Under the pieces are notes generated by a model. It did no database searches. It was not told the origin of the DNA and worked only from the letters and a program-made list of their open reading frames with translations. Below, one piece after another: positions 36,605 through 46,913 of a DNA stretch of 64,000 bases. The stretch's first letter is position 1. The number at the start of each line of letters is the position of its first letter. Made by a program: the position numbers and the translations under genes. The DNA comes from Candidatus Gottesmanbacteria bacterium UBA5942 (lineage in GTDB: Bacteria; Patescibacteriota; Microgenomatia; UBA10105; UBA927), in the NCBI GenBank assembly GCA_002430725.1, contig DJCU01000001.1:9639-73638 (forward strand), written 5' to 3'.

Positions 36605-38449
36605 ATGAAAGATGACCTCCTCAATGATTTAAACCCCGACCAGCAAAAAGCAGTGACGCACACCGATGGACCGGTGCTTATACTGGCCGGAGCAGGAAGC
36701 GGTAAAACACGAGTGCTTACGTGTAGAGTGGCATACCTTGTCGCAGAAAAAAAAGTGTCACCACACCACATCCTCATGGTGACATTTACCAATAAAGCGG
36801 CGAAAGAAATGAAAAATCGTATTCGTGCGCTTATCCATACGAAAGATCTTCCTTATGCCGGTACGTTCCACTCGCTCTGCGCGCTTATCCTCAGAGTGGA
36901 TGGGAAGCATATCAATATCTCGTCTAACTTCGTTATCTATGACGACCAGGATCAAATTGACGCCATCAAAGAAGTCATGAAAAAGCTTGATATTTCCCCC
37001 AAGCTCTATAATCCTCGTGCAGTACTTTCCACTATCTCGCAAGCAAAAAATGAGCTTATCCCCGCTTTAGAATACCCCAATCTCGCCCGCGGCAATTTTC
37101 AGGAAACGGTCGCGCGTGTGTATTTAGGATATCAAAAACTATTATTGGAAAACGAAGCGTTGGACTTTGATGACCTTCTTATGAAAACAGTCATGTTATT
37201 TAGAAGAAACCCCGAAGTCCTGGGTAAATACCAAGAAAAATACCACTATGTGTTAATCGATGAGTATCAGGACACTAACAAAGCACAATACGAACTCACC
37301 AAACAATTAAGTGCCCGGTGGAGAAATATTTGCGTTGTCGGAGACGCATCACAATCCATATATCGGTGGCGCGGAGCGGATTTTAGAAACATCACCAATT
37401 TTCGTACCGACTTTCCGGAAGTAAAAGTATTTAATCTTGAACAAAACTACCGGTCGACCCAAATGATCCTCAATGCCGCGTTTGGCGTCATTTCCAAAAA
37501 CACATCACACCCTATTCTCAAACTCTGGACAGACAAAAAAGGTGGCGACCACATCACGCTGTATGAAGCCCGAAACGAACAAGACGAAGCAACATTTCTT
37601 ATTCATATGATATTGCAGTCCGGTCGACCATTTTCTGACTTCGCGGTCCTTTATCGCACAAATGCACAGTCTCGGGTATTGGAAGAAGCATTTTTGCATG
37701 CTGGCGTCCCATACACATTGGTAGGAGGTACTCGATTTTATGAACGAAAAGAAATCAAAGACGTGCTTTCGTATTTACGATTACTTTCTAATCCCAAAGA
37801 CACCGTATCGTACAACCGGATAGAAAAACTTGGTAAAGGAAGAATGAAAAAATTTCTTTCATTTGCCGAGGAAATTACAAAAGAGAATAAACTGATACAG
37901 TTTACTACCCTCGAGCTCCTCGATAATACGCTGGAAGCTACCCACTATCTCGAACTGTATGACGCAAACGTAGAAGAAGAAGCCTATCGATTAGAAAACA
38001 TCAAAGAACTCAGGTCGGTGGCTACCGAATTTCCGAATCTAACCGAATTCTTAGAAAACGTGGCACTCGTAGAACAGGAATATACACCCGAGCGCGTCAA
38101 AGAAATGGGAGAAAATCGACAAGCCGTCACCCTTATGACTTTACATGCGGCGAAGGGACTGGAATTTCCTGTCGTTTCAATTGTTGGCATGGAAGAAGGA
38201 ATATTCCCCCACAGTCGTTCACTCATGGAAAAAGATGAAATAGAAGAAGAAAGACGACTTTGCTATGTAGGTATTACCAGAGCAAAAGAAAAGCTATATC
38301 TTACCTACGCCAACAAAAGATTATTCTTTGGTACTCGCACCCAAAACATGATTTCACGATTTATCGCAGATATTCCGGAAGCAACACTCGATCTACAAGT
38401 TTCACTGTCACAGGATCGGGGATTTCGGGATGACGATATGCTCCTTTAG
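36605..38449 (+). CDS. pcrA: UvrD/PcrA-family superfamily-1 DNA helicase, short form.
   Basis: Walker A ILAGAGSGKTRVLT, helicase motifs through VGDASQSIYRWRGA...YRST, and 614 aa. Confidence 0.85.
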   Translation: MKDDLLNDLNPDQQKAVTHTDGPVLILAGAGSGKTRVLTCRVAYLVAEKKVSPHHILMVTFTNKAAKEMKNRIRALIHTKDLPYAGTFHSLCALILRVDGKHINISSNFVIYDDQDQIDAIKEVMKKLDISPKLYNPRAVLSTISQAKNELIPALEYPNLARGNFQETVARVYLGYQKLLLENEALDFDDLLMKTVMLFRRNPEVLGKYQEKYHYVLIDEYQDTNKAQYELTKQLSARWRNICVVGDASQSIYRWRGADFRNITNFRTDFPEVKVFNLEQNYRSTQMILNAAFGVISKNTSHPILKLWTDKKGGDHITLYEARNEQDEATFLIHMILQSGRPFSDFAVLYRTNAQSRVLEEAFLHAGVPYTLVGGTRFYERKEIKDVLSYLRLLSNPKDTVSYNRIEKLGKGRMKKFLSFAEEITKENKLIQFTTLELLDNTLEATHYLELYDANVEEEAYRLENIKELRSVATEFPNLTEFLENVALVEQEYTPERVKEMGENRQAVTLMTLHAAKGLEFPVVSIVGMEEGIFPHSRSLMEKDEIEEERRLCYVGITRAKEKLYLTYANKRLFFGTRTQNMISRFIADIPEATLDLQVSLSQDRGFRDDDMLL

Positions 38450-38690
38450 ACAAAAAAGTGAATAACGACCAATATTGCTGCGCCGAATACCACACCCACT
38501 GCTAACACCATTTCCATCGCAATAAAAATTTTGCCTACTCCGTGAACGTGAGAAAAAGAAAATAACGGAGAAAATAAACGACTATCGACAGGAAGCCAAC
38601 TTACTGGTTCATCATGACGCCTTTGTATTCGTACCCTTTTTGTCATCGATCGATATTGTACCATACGAATAAAAGCGAGATAATACACCC

Positions 38691-39677
38691 ATGCTACAGA
38701 TTGATCCCACCTCACAACAACAATCCTCCACAGATATTAGAAACTGGAATAACAGCGCAACTCACCCACTCCAATCATGGGAATGGGGAGAATTCCGAAA
38801 AGCTATGGGTATCGATGTGGTACGCACCAAACATGGACAACTCACGTTTCATAACGTACCACATACGCCATGGGTTATCGGATATTTTCCTAAAGGCCCA
38901 AAACCTACGTCTCAAATGCTCCACGATCTTCGACTACTCGGCGCATCAAAGCATGCCATCTTTATACAATTAGAGCCAAATATTGCAGCATCGAAAAACA
39001 CGCTCACACTCCCTGAACTCCGCGCTTCACATCACCCGCTTTTTACAAAATACACATTTGTATTAGACCTCAATAAATCCGAAGAAGAACTTTTGAAAGC
39101 AATGCACTCCAAAACCCGATATAACTTGCGCATCGCGCAAAAACATGGAGTTTCAGTAACCGAAGATAATTCCGAGAAAGCATTTGCTGCCTACCTCCGA
39201 CTCAATGAAGAAACAACCGGAAGACAGGGGTTTTTTGCACATAACAAAACGTACCATCAAACCATGTGGCGTATTATGAAAGACGCTGGTATCGCACATT
39301 TATTTACCGCGACATACAAAGGAGAAATTCTCGCAGCATGGATATTATTTGCCTGGAATAAAACACTTTATTATCCGTACGGTACATCATCACGACAGCA
39401 CCGCGAAGTTATGGCTCCGACACTGCTTCTCTGGGAAATTGCAAAGTGGGGCAAGGCAAACGGCTATACATCATTTGATCTGTGGGGAGCTATGGGGCCA
39501 GAACCAGACCCCGACGACCCGTGGTTTGGGTTTCATCGGTTTAAACAGGGATTTAATCCGCTTCTCGTAGAACACGTAGGTTCTTTTGATCTCGTGATCA
39601 ACCCGCTTTTATACAAACTGTATACTCTGGCAGATACCATACGGTGGTTTCTCCTCAAGCGAGGTCTCAAAAGCTAA
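38691..39677 (+). CDS. FemAB-family aminoacyl-tRNA-dependent peptidoglycan peptide-bridge transferase.
   Basis: About 330 aa with a tandem GNAT-like Fem fold, N-terminal WEWGEF and conserved C-terminal KGFTKFK-like region. Confidence 0.65.
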   Translation: MLQIDPTSQQQSSTDIRNWNNSATHPLQSWEWGEFRKAMGIDVVRTKHGQLTFHNVPHTPWVIGYFPKGPKPTSQMLHDLRLLGASKHAIFIQLEPNIAASKNTLTLPELRASHHPLFTKYTFVLDLNKSEEELLKAMHSKTRYNLRIAQKHGVSVTEDNSEKAFAAYLRLNEETTGRQGFFAHNKTYHQTMWRIMKDAGIAHLFTATYKGEILAAWILFAWNKTLYYPYGTSSRQHREVMAPTLLLWEIAKWGKANGYTSFDLWGAMGPEPDPDDPWFGFHRFKQGFNPLLVEHVGSFDLVINPLLYKLYTLADTIRWFLLKRGLKS

Positions 39678-39688
39678 ATCATACCATC

Positions 39689-40516
39689 ATGGAAATACAA
39701 CAATCGCCTTATTACGCGAGCTTTATCCGATCGCTCGGGTGGATAATTGAAACGGTCGACAACAGTACTATTTTTATTAAACCCTTTCCGATTATTGGCG
39801 GCCTCGCCAAAATCCAACGGGTCACCACGCTTCCATCCGTAAAAAAACTTATCCCTCTCCTTAAAAAATATGGGGTACGCACTATCGCTATTGAACCAGA
39901 TAGAAATGTAAGCCAAACATCACTATCCCTTTGGTGCAGCCATATCCCACGACATATAAAAATAAATAAAGACCCTTATATCCCTACAAAAACTATTCGC
40001 GTAGATCTTACCCCAAACGAGCAAGAGATATTTCATCGATTTTCAGAGGCAAAACGCCGCGCAGTGAGGCGGGCAGAAAAGTATGGGGTCACCATATCTG
40101 CAAGTGACGATATCAACACATTTCTTCGACTGAAAAGTGCATCTGCAGGTTTTTTGGGATTTATTACAACATCAGGTGTACACAAGCTTTGGCAAATTCT
40201 CCCAACCCAGCATAAAACCATACTTCTCGCACGAAATGAAAAACAGCAAGTTATTGGAGGCATCCTTCTCCTTTTTTGGGAAAAAATTGCCTATTATTGG
40301 ATTGCGGGAGCATTGCCGGAAGGCAAAAAAATGTTTGCACCCACACTCCTTGTTTGGGAAGCGCTGAAAGAATCAAAAAAGAAAAAATGTACTGCGTTGG
40401 ATTTTGTCGGTGTATGGGATGAGCGCAAACCGAAAAGTAATCACGAATGGAAAGGGTTTACCAAATTCAAAGAAGGATTTGGGGGATACGAACTCTACTA
40501 CCCTCTCGCTTCCTAA
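39689..40516 (+). CDS. Second, shorter FemAB-family paralog.
   Basis: C-terminal ...EWKGFTKFKEGFGG matches the Fem family. Overlaps or abuts the upstream Fem gene. Confidence 0.55.
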   Translation: MEIQQSPYYASFIRSLGWIIETVDNSTIFIKPFPIIGGLAKIQRVTTLPSVKKLIPLLKKYGVRTIAIEPDRNVSQTSLSLWCSHIPRHIKINKDPYIPTKTIRVDLTPNEQEIFHRFSEAKRRAVRRAEKYGVTISASDDINTFLRLKSASAGFLGFITTSGVHKLWQILPTQHKTILLARNEKQQVIGGILLLFWEKIAYYWIAGALPEGKKMFAPTLLVWEALKESKKKKCTALDFVGVWDERKPKSNHEWKGFTKFKEGFGGYELYYPLAS

Positions 40517-40524
40517 TCCCCTCT

Positions 40525-43473
40525 TCACGTCACACTGCAAAACATCTGGTATTCACAATCTTTACACAGCATATTCCCCGAGCAACGAAAATCTGACGCC
40601 TCTATCTGTTTCGCAATATCAATAATCATAATTTTTTCTTTTTCTAATTGTTCCATGGTGCGAGTCGTAGAAATCTTTGTCTGTGTATCAAAAAAATAAA
40701 GCGATAATGTAATATCTTCTGTTTTCTTGCCAAATGGAACTGCATGTATTTCAGATGCTGCCAACGCATACATAGATAACTGTAAATTTGCGTCTACCTC
40801 ACGTTTAGACGGCATCCTACCAGTTTTATAATCTATGATCTCTAATTTTCCATCAGGGAGAATATCAATTCTATCGATCTTTCCTCCGACTTTTAAAGAC
40901 TTTCCCTCATGTGTAATAGGTACGATAAACGGTTGCTCAAGTGCCGCAATTTTTGTATCCGGTTTGAATTCTTTTTCATAGTATTCTGTCAAATATTGCT
41001 CTCCCCTCTTTTTCATATCTTCCTCGTAGCGTTTATTTTCGTATCCTGCTTTCTGCCACCGGCTAGTAAGCAAGCTCAATAATAATTCTTGACTCACCTT
41101 TTCTCCCGCTGCATGCAATTCATAAAAATCATGGAGCGCGTTGTGTACACTCGTTCCGAACGATAAAGATGCAGACGGAGAGGTCGGGATATTGAGAAAA
41201 TATCGAAGTTTATAATGTAGCGGACAAAGCCGAAATGTTTCTATCTGCGAGTATGAAAGATACGAGATAGTTATTTTTTTTGCCTCTCCAGATGTTCCTT
41301 GCTGCACCTCATCCTTCTTCCAATCCAGCAACGACATTTGAGAAGGTCGTAAATTGGGAGCAACGATTGATTTCTCGCCAATCACTTCGTACACAAATGG
41401 TGAAAGTTTTTTCTCTCGTTTTCCTTCACCGTAATAGTTAGCACCCGTAAGGTATAGCAAATCCTGTGCCCGGGTCATCCCTACATAACAAAGCCTGCGC
41501 TCTTCCTCCAAATGATAATCACCAACGGGCAACTCCTCTTTGATAAGCTCCTCGGGTATAGGGATAGTCTCTCTCCGCTCTACAGTCGGAAATCGAGCAG
41601 AAACCATGTTTACCAAAAACGCCACCGGAAATTCTAATCCCTTACTACTGTGCACCGATAATATATTTACCGAATCATTACTCATCCAGTCAGAGTCGTT
41701 AGCAAGTGGAGATTCTCCGAGTTCCATAGAAAGCTCAATCCAATCAAGTACTGCAGGGACGCTCGCATCTGTATGATCTGTTTCATACGTTTTAAGCTTG
41801 CTAAAAAACTTGGAAATATTGTTTGCAATTTTTTCATCAACAGGGGCACTATAGTCAAGGATGTTTTTCATCATCCCGGTATCACGCAAAAAATAAAATA
41901 AAATTTGTCCTGCGCTCTCACGAGTCACGAGCCCCATGTGTTTATGGATCATCGCGATAATTTCTTTTATTTTCTGCAGTACTTCCTTATCAACAACGGG
42001 AACTTCTGCCCCCTCCATGTTTCGTAATCCAACCGTTATTTCGCTCGCCTCAAAAAGCGACACATTTTGTTTGCGGGCAAAATTTGCAATAGCCGCAATA
42101 TCTCTCGGTGGAAATGCAAAATAATCCATAGAAAATACTCTAAACATCGCCACGTTGTCTTCAAAATTATGAATAACCTGCAAATATGAAATAAGCTCTT
42201 TTATTTCCTGTTGACGAAATAGTTGTCCGGGCCCCAAAAATTGAAACGGAATATTGTATCGCATAAGTGCGCGGACAAACGGTTCTGCGTGATTGTTTGC
42301 GCGTACCAATATTGCCATGTCTTTCCAAGAGTAAGTACCGCCACTGTGCTTTTTTACTCCTGATAGTCGCTTGATCTCTTTTGCGACCGCGTCCGCTTCA
42401 TTTTCTACCCGTTCTTCATACAGTAACTTCGGCCACTCACCGGACAAATTGCGCGCTGAAGTAAGTTTTTTGTTGATGTGTTCTTTTACCTCTAACCTGT
42501 CCGGATTATTGTGCTGTATCAGCTGATATGAAGCATCCAGTATAGATTGGGTAGAGCGGTAATTCTGCGATAACACAATAAGTTTTGCTTTTGGAAAGTG
42601 CACACGAAATGATAATACGTTAGAAACCGCAGCTCCTCGGAATTTATAGATGCTCTGATCATCATCGCAAACTGCGGTTATATTTTGCCGCTTCCCGGCA
42701 AGCAACGCCACCAATTCATTTTGGGCGATATTCGTATCCTGAAATTCATCTACTAATATGTAATTAAACTGCTCTTGATAAAAATGAAGAATATTTTTTC
42801 GCGTTCTAAAAAGCGATAGAGTTTTTGTAATAAGATCTCCAAAATCCATGTACCCCTCTTTCACTTTTAGCTCCTGATACGCCTTATAGGTACGAGATAA
42901 CTCAATGTATTTTTTAATCTCTAATTTTTCCTCTTCACTTTCAGCCTTTGCCTCCTTGTCACTTACCCATTTTTGGTACTGCTCCGGTGATACGTCCTCA
43001 TCTTGGAGACGCGAAAAATGCTGCAATATGCCACTGATGAATTTGGTAGGATTTCCTAAAGGTCGAAAATAATCTAAATCAAACGTAAACAAGTGGGCCC
43101 GAAACAACATAGTGGCGTCAGTATCGGTCATGAGGCGATAACTTGGGTTTAATCCAATATGTATTGCTTCCTGCCTGAGTAAACGGTCACAAAATTTGTG
43201 GAATGTAGAAATCCACATCTGAGTATAGCCATAGGGCATGATCACATCCACGCGCTCCTCCATCTCGCGCGCCGCTTTTTCAGTAAATGTAAGTGCGAGG
43301 ATTTGTGAAGGTAATGCTTTGCCTGAGCTTATCAGTTGTTTAATGCGCTCGGTGACTACAGTAGTTTTACCAGTGCCCGCGCCAGCGATAATAAGGAGCG
43401 GCCCATCACCGAAATTAACTGCTTCCTGTTGCTCTTCGTTGAGGCTTTTTTTATCTACGGGAGGTTTCGCCAT
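40525..43473 (-). CDS. Single-chain UvrD-like helicase fused to a C-terminal PD-(D/E)XK nuclease with a Cas4/AddB-type Fe-S Cys cluster.
   Basis: N-terminal Walker A IIAGAGTGKTTVVT plus UvrD motifs. C-terminal GKIDRIDILPDGKLEIIDYKTG (D...ExK) with Cys at CPLHYK and RCSGNMLCKDCEYQMFC (C-x5-C-x2-C-x5-C). Confidence 0.8.
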   Translation of the reverse strand: MAKPPVDKKSLNEEQQEAVNFGDGPLLIIAGAGTGKTTVVTERIKQLISSGKALPSQILALTFTEKAAREMEERVDVIMPYGYTQMWISTFHKFCDRLLRQEAIHIGLNPSYRLMTDTDATMLFRAHLFTFDLDYFRPLGNPTKFISGILQHFSRLQDEDVSPEQYQKWVSDKEAKAESEEEKLEIKKYIELSRTYKAYQELKVKEGYMDFGDLITKTLSLFRTRKNILHFYQEQFNYILVDEFQDTNIAQNELVALLAGKRQNITAVCDDDQSIYKFRGAAVSNVLSFRVHFPKAKLIVLSQNYRSTQSILDASYQLIQHNNPDRLEVKEHINKKLTSARNLSGEWPKLLYEERVENEADAVAKEIKRLSGVKKHSGGTYSWKDMAILVRANNHAEPFVRALMRYNIPFQFLGPGQLFRQQEIKELISYLQVIHNFEDNVAMFRVFSMDYFAFPPRDIAAIANFARKQNVSLFEASEITVGLRNMEGAEVPVVDKEVLQKIKEIIAMIHKHMGLVTRESAGQILFYFLRDTGMMKNILDYSAPVDEKIANNISKFFSKLKTYETDHTDASVPAVLDWIELSMELGESPLANDSDWMSNDSVNILSVHSSKGLEFPVAFLVNMVSARFPTVERRETIPIPEELIKEELPVGDYHLEEERRLCYVGMTRAQDLLYLTGANYYGEGKREKKLSPFVYEVIGEKSIVAPNLRPSQMSLLDWKKDEVQQGTSGEAKKITISYLSYSQIETFRLCPLHYKLRYFLNIPTSPSASLSFGTSVHNALHDFYELHAAGEKVSQELLLSLLTSRWQKAGYENKRYEEDMKKRGEQYLTEYYEKEFKPDTKIAALEQPFIVPITHEGKSLKVGGKIDRIDILPDGKLEIIDYKTGRMPSKREVDANLQLSMYALAASEIHAVPFGKKTEDITLSLYFFDTQTKISTTRTMEQLEKEKIMIIDIAKQIEASDFRCSGNMLCKDCEYQMFCSVT

Positions 43474-43491
43474 CGTTGGCTCATTATAATC

Positions 43492-44046
43492 TTACTCGAG
43501 CATCTTTTCGAGAAGAACTGGAAACTGCGTGTATTGAGGACCTTTTTCTAAATTAAAATGCCCTTGGTCGGGGATAAAAATAAATTCCGCATCGAGTTTT
43601 TTTTGAAGTTCTTCTGCATCTTCTATGGGTACATGAGGATCATCATTGGAATGATAGACAATAAATTTTTTGGCGTGCTTTTTGATGACTGTATAGTCGA
43701 TAGGTGTCCGAAACAATCCAGCGATACTGTCCCACCCATGAGTATTTGTAAAAGCTCCTACGGTAATACAGCGGTCAATCACAACAGCTTCCGGTAACCG
43801 CTGCAAGAGACGTAATGCAGCCACTCCTCCCGATGAATGTCCAACAATGACCGTTTCTGAAGTAAATTTCCAGTCTTTACGGGAAAATATATGATTGAGG
43901 TATCGTTCTTCATCCGGTCTATCCGCCTGTGGCAAGTCTGGCGACCACACCTCATAACCACGCTTCTCTAATTCCTGTGTAAGCCACGGAAACCAATTAC
44001 CCTGAGAAGTGTTTGCTGTACCATGGAGAATGAGCACGTTTCTCAT
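43492..44046 (-). CDS. Alpha/beta-fold serine hydrolase (RBBP9/YdeN-like).
   Basis: VLILHG...IVGHSSGG nucleophile elbow and Asp/His residues downstream. The start begins 4 nt after the rmuC stop. Confidence 0.6.
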   Translation of the reverse strand: MRNVLILHGTANTSQGNWFPWLTQELEKRGYEVWSPDLPQADRPDEERYLNHIFSRKDWKFTSETVIVGHSSGGVAALRLLQRLPEAVVIDRCITVGAFTNTHGWDSIAGLFRTPIDYTVIKKHAKKFIVYHSNDDPHVPIEDAEELQKKLDAEFIFIPDQGHFNLEKGPQYTQFPVLLEKMLE

Positions 44047-44050
44047 ATTA

Positions 44051-45079
44051 TTACGGTAATATGTTTGTATCCTCGGTGCTTTCCCCAAGTGTCTGTGTCT
44101 GAGAAAGTTTTTGCCCCAACAATGAGAATGAACCAGATACATTGCTCATAGAGTTATACGCATTGTTAATGTGTTTCCCCAACACTCCCAAATTCTCCTC
44201 TACTTTTCCGTAGTCCTTTTGTATCGCCCGAAGAAGTTGAAACACATGACGTGATTTTTGCTCCAAATCTTTCCCCTGGAATGAAAGTAATAACACCTGT
44301 AAATGCGCATACAGTGTGTTTGGCGACACTGGATACACCCGCAGTTTCCGCGCAAAATTCATAAGCTCTTCCATATTCGCCATTTCGTAATACACTCCTT
44401 CAGACGGGATATACATCAGGGCAAAATCCATCGTACCTTCTTCGGGCAATATATATTTACGGCTTATATCCGTCACGTGCTTTTTAACATCAGCGATAAA
44501 GTCGCGCTTAGCAGACGCGCGAAGCGCCTCGGTTTCACCTTTGTGCATTTTGGTAAAGTTTTCCATGGGAAATTTAGAATCGACACACAAAAGTCCTGCG
44601 TCTGTTTTTAGCACCGCGTCCACTTTCATACCGCTTTTAAACGCATACTGGAGATGAAACGAATTTTTTGGAAATGTCTGACCGATCATGTCCTGCAATA
44701 CCTGCTCACCGATGTTGCCCCTCAACTTCGGAGACTGCAAAAACTCCTGCAGGCTTCGTATTCCTTTACCTACTTCAGACATCTCGCCTAAATTCTGCTT
44801 CAAGTCGCCAATCACCCGAGCCGCGGTATCGAGACGATCGTTTAACTGTTTTGTATTTGCCTGAAGCAGTTTACTCACGTCAGTCGTTTGTCCGCGCATG
44901 GCATCATTCAGTGCTTTATTTGTATTCTCTATGGATACCTGCATGGATTTAAGCCACTCCGTAAGGGTTGAGTCATCTTTTTTTTCAGTAAGCTTAGACA
45001 GTTCTTTTTTGACTAAATATCCAAGCACTCCAAATCCAGCAATAATGACAACGATGAGGATAAGAAAATCGGAGCTCAT
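44051..45079 (-). CDS. rmuC: DNA recombination protein RmuC.
   Basis: N-terminal TM, long coiled coil, and conserved PKLRGNIGEQVLQD plus C-terminal RmuC region. Confidence 0.75.
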   Translation of the reverse strand: MSSDFLILIVVIIAGFGVLGYLVKKELSKLTEKKDDSTLTEWLKSMQVSIENTNKALNDAMRGQTTDVSKLLQANTKQLNDRLDTAARVIGDLKQNLGEMSEVGKGIRSLQEFLQSPKLRGNIGEQVLQDMIGQTFPKNSFHLQYAFKSGMKVDAVLKTDAGLLCVDSKFPMENFTKMHKGETEALRASAKRDFIADVKKHVTDISRKYILPEEGTMDFALMYIPSEGVYYEMANMEELMNFARKLRVYPVSPNTLYAHLQVLLLSFQGKDLEQKSRHVFQLLRAIQKDYGKVEENLGVLGKHINNAYNSMSNVSGSFSLLGQKLSQTQTLGESTEDTNILP

Positions 45080-45124
45080 GATGCCCCATTGTAGCACGCG
45101 CACAAACTCGCCTACAATAAATAT

Positions 45125-45442
45125 ATGGAACGACAATCAAAGCCGCGCAACCCTTTCCTTCTCTTTGCGGGTATCACCGGCATAATCGCGCTCTCTGCAT
45201 ACGTAAACATAGTGCCGCCCGATTCTCCCATCACACTTTTGGGCTTTTTTACACTCGTCTCATTTTCGATAGGTACGCTATTGGCGTATTTTTTACGAAA
45301 CAGACGCCTTGCCATCCTTATTGCTGGCGGCGTATCTCTATATCTCGTATTACGCCTCTTGGGACTTCGACACCCCTTGTATGCACTACTACTCGTAGCA
45401 AGTATAGTTGCACTTGAATTCCTTTGGAGGGATAATTCGTGA
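45125..45442 (+). CDS. Small three-TM hypothetical membrane protein.
   Basis: 105 aa, three hydrophobic helices, divergent from rmuC. No family recognized. Confidence 0.35.
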   Translation: MERQSKPRNPFLLFAGITGIIALSAYVNIVPPDSPITLLGFFTLVSFSIGTLLAYFLRNRRLAILIAGGVSLYLVLRLLGLRHPLYALLLVASIVALEFLWRDNS

Positions 45443-45467
45443 ACAACTTGCTACAATACGAGAACGT

Positions 45468-46913
45468 ATGAACAAAAAATTCTACATTACCTGCGCCATA
45501 CCTTACGTAAACGCGCCGCCCCATATAGGACACGCCTTGGAATTTGTGCAGGGAGATACAATCGCGCGATTTCATAGGCTTTTGGGTGAACAAACCACAT
45601 TACTTTCGGGCGGTGATGAAAACGCATTGAAAAATGTGCAGGCGGCAGAAAAGGCGGGTGTCCCCGTTCAGCAATTCATCGATGAAAACAATATAAAATT
45701 TCAGGAATTAACCAAGGCGCTCGGTTGTCAATTCGATGTATGGCAAAAAGGAAGTGATACCGCGCACCACTTCCCTGCCAGCCAAAAACTGTGGGATCTC
45801 TGCGACAAAACGGGAGATATTTATAAAAAATCCTACGAAGGTCTCTACTGTGTCGGCTGTGAAACTTTCTATGAACCCGAGGAGCTCAATGAGCAAGGTG
45901 AGTGTTTTGAACATCCCGGTAAAAAACTTGAGGTAGTCAAAGAAGAAAATTATTTTTTCCGACTTTCGAAATATCAGCAACAAATTATCGATCTTATCGT
46001 AAGTGGCAAGCTCACCATTACACCTGAAACTCGAAAAAATGAAGTACTCTCATTTCTTAAACAACCGCTTATCGACATCAGCATTTCCCGAAGTAATGAG
46101 CGCGCCAAAAATTGGGGCGTGCCGGTACCAGGAGATGACACACAGCGTATGTATGTATGGTTTGATGCCCTCAATATCTATCAATCAGGGATTGGATTTG
46201 GATGGGATGAACAACAATACAATACATGGTGGCCTGCAGATGTCCACGTCATTGGTAAAGGCATAAGCCGCTTTCATGCCGTCTACTGGCCGGCATTTTT
46301 GCTTTCTGCAGGACTAAAACCTCCCAAATCCATATTTGTCCACGGATACTTTACGGTAAACGGTCAGAAAATGAGCAAAACGCTCGGCAACGTCATTGAT
46401 CCTATCGAACTCATCAATAAATACGGGGCCGATGCACTTCGATATTATTTTCTGCGAGAAATACCACCATCAGCTGACGGTGACTTTTCGGAACGGAGAT
46501 TTAAGGAACTCTATAATGCTGATCTTGCCAACGGATTGGGTAATTTAATCGCACGGATTGCAAAACTCGCATCTCAAACTGAGAATATCATCGTGCCACA
46601 ACCGCAAACATTCGATGCATACCTTGCGCTTAATCCAACTTTCAAAATATATATAGAAAACTACCAGTTTAATGACGCTTTAGGATATATATGGGGAAAA
46701 ATAAAAACACTCGATATCGCAGTGAACGAAAAAAAGCCCTGGGAAAAAACAGGCAATGAACTTACTGATGCGATCAACTTTTTTATCGTTCCTATTCAGG
46801 AAATAAGCACACTTCTCCAACCGTTCATACCTGAAACAGCAAATAAAATTCTCACACAGTTCTCCCGTCAGACCATTACACCAGAGCCGCCAATGTTCCC
46901 GCGCCTAACATAA
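45468..46913 (+). CDS. metG: Methionyl-tRNA synthetase, short form.
   Basis: PHIGHALEFVQGD (HIGH motif) and KMSKTLGNVIDP (KMSKS motif). Confidence 0.9.
   Translation: MNKKFYITCAIPYVNAPPHIGHALEFVQGDTIARFHRLLGEQTTLLSGGDENALKNVQAAEKAGVPVQQFIDENNIKFQELTKALGCQFDVWQKGSDTAHHFPASQKLWDLCDKTGDIYKKSYEGLYCVGCETFYEPEELNEQGECFEHPGKKLEVVKEENYFFRLSKYQQQIIDLIVSGKLTITPETRKNEVLSFLKQPLIDISISRSNERAKNWGVPVPGDDTQRMYVWFDALNIYQSGIGFGWDEQQYNTWWPADVHVIGKGISRFHAVYWPAFLLSAGLKPPKSIFVHGYFTVNGQKMSKTLGNVIDPIELINKYGADALRYYFLREIPPSADGDFSERRFKELYNADLANGLGNLIARIAKLASQTENIIVPQPQTFDAYLALNPTFKIYIENYQFNDALGYIWGKIKTLDIAVNEKKPWEKTGNELTDAINFFIVPIQEISTLLQPFIPETANKILTQFSRQTITPEPPMFPRLT

Noticed and set aside
38446-38715. 89-aa minus-strand ORF with a C-terminal hydrophobic stretch, convergent with pcrA.
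   Set aside because: It overlaps the start of the FemAB gene on the opposite strand and has no conserved features. A real small protein is possible but unsupported.
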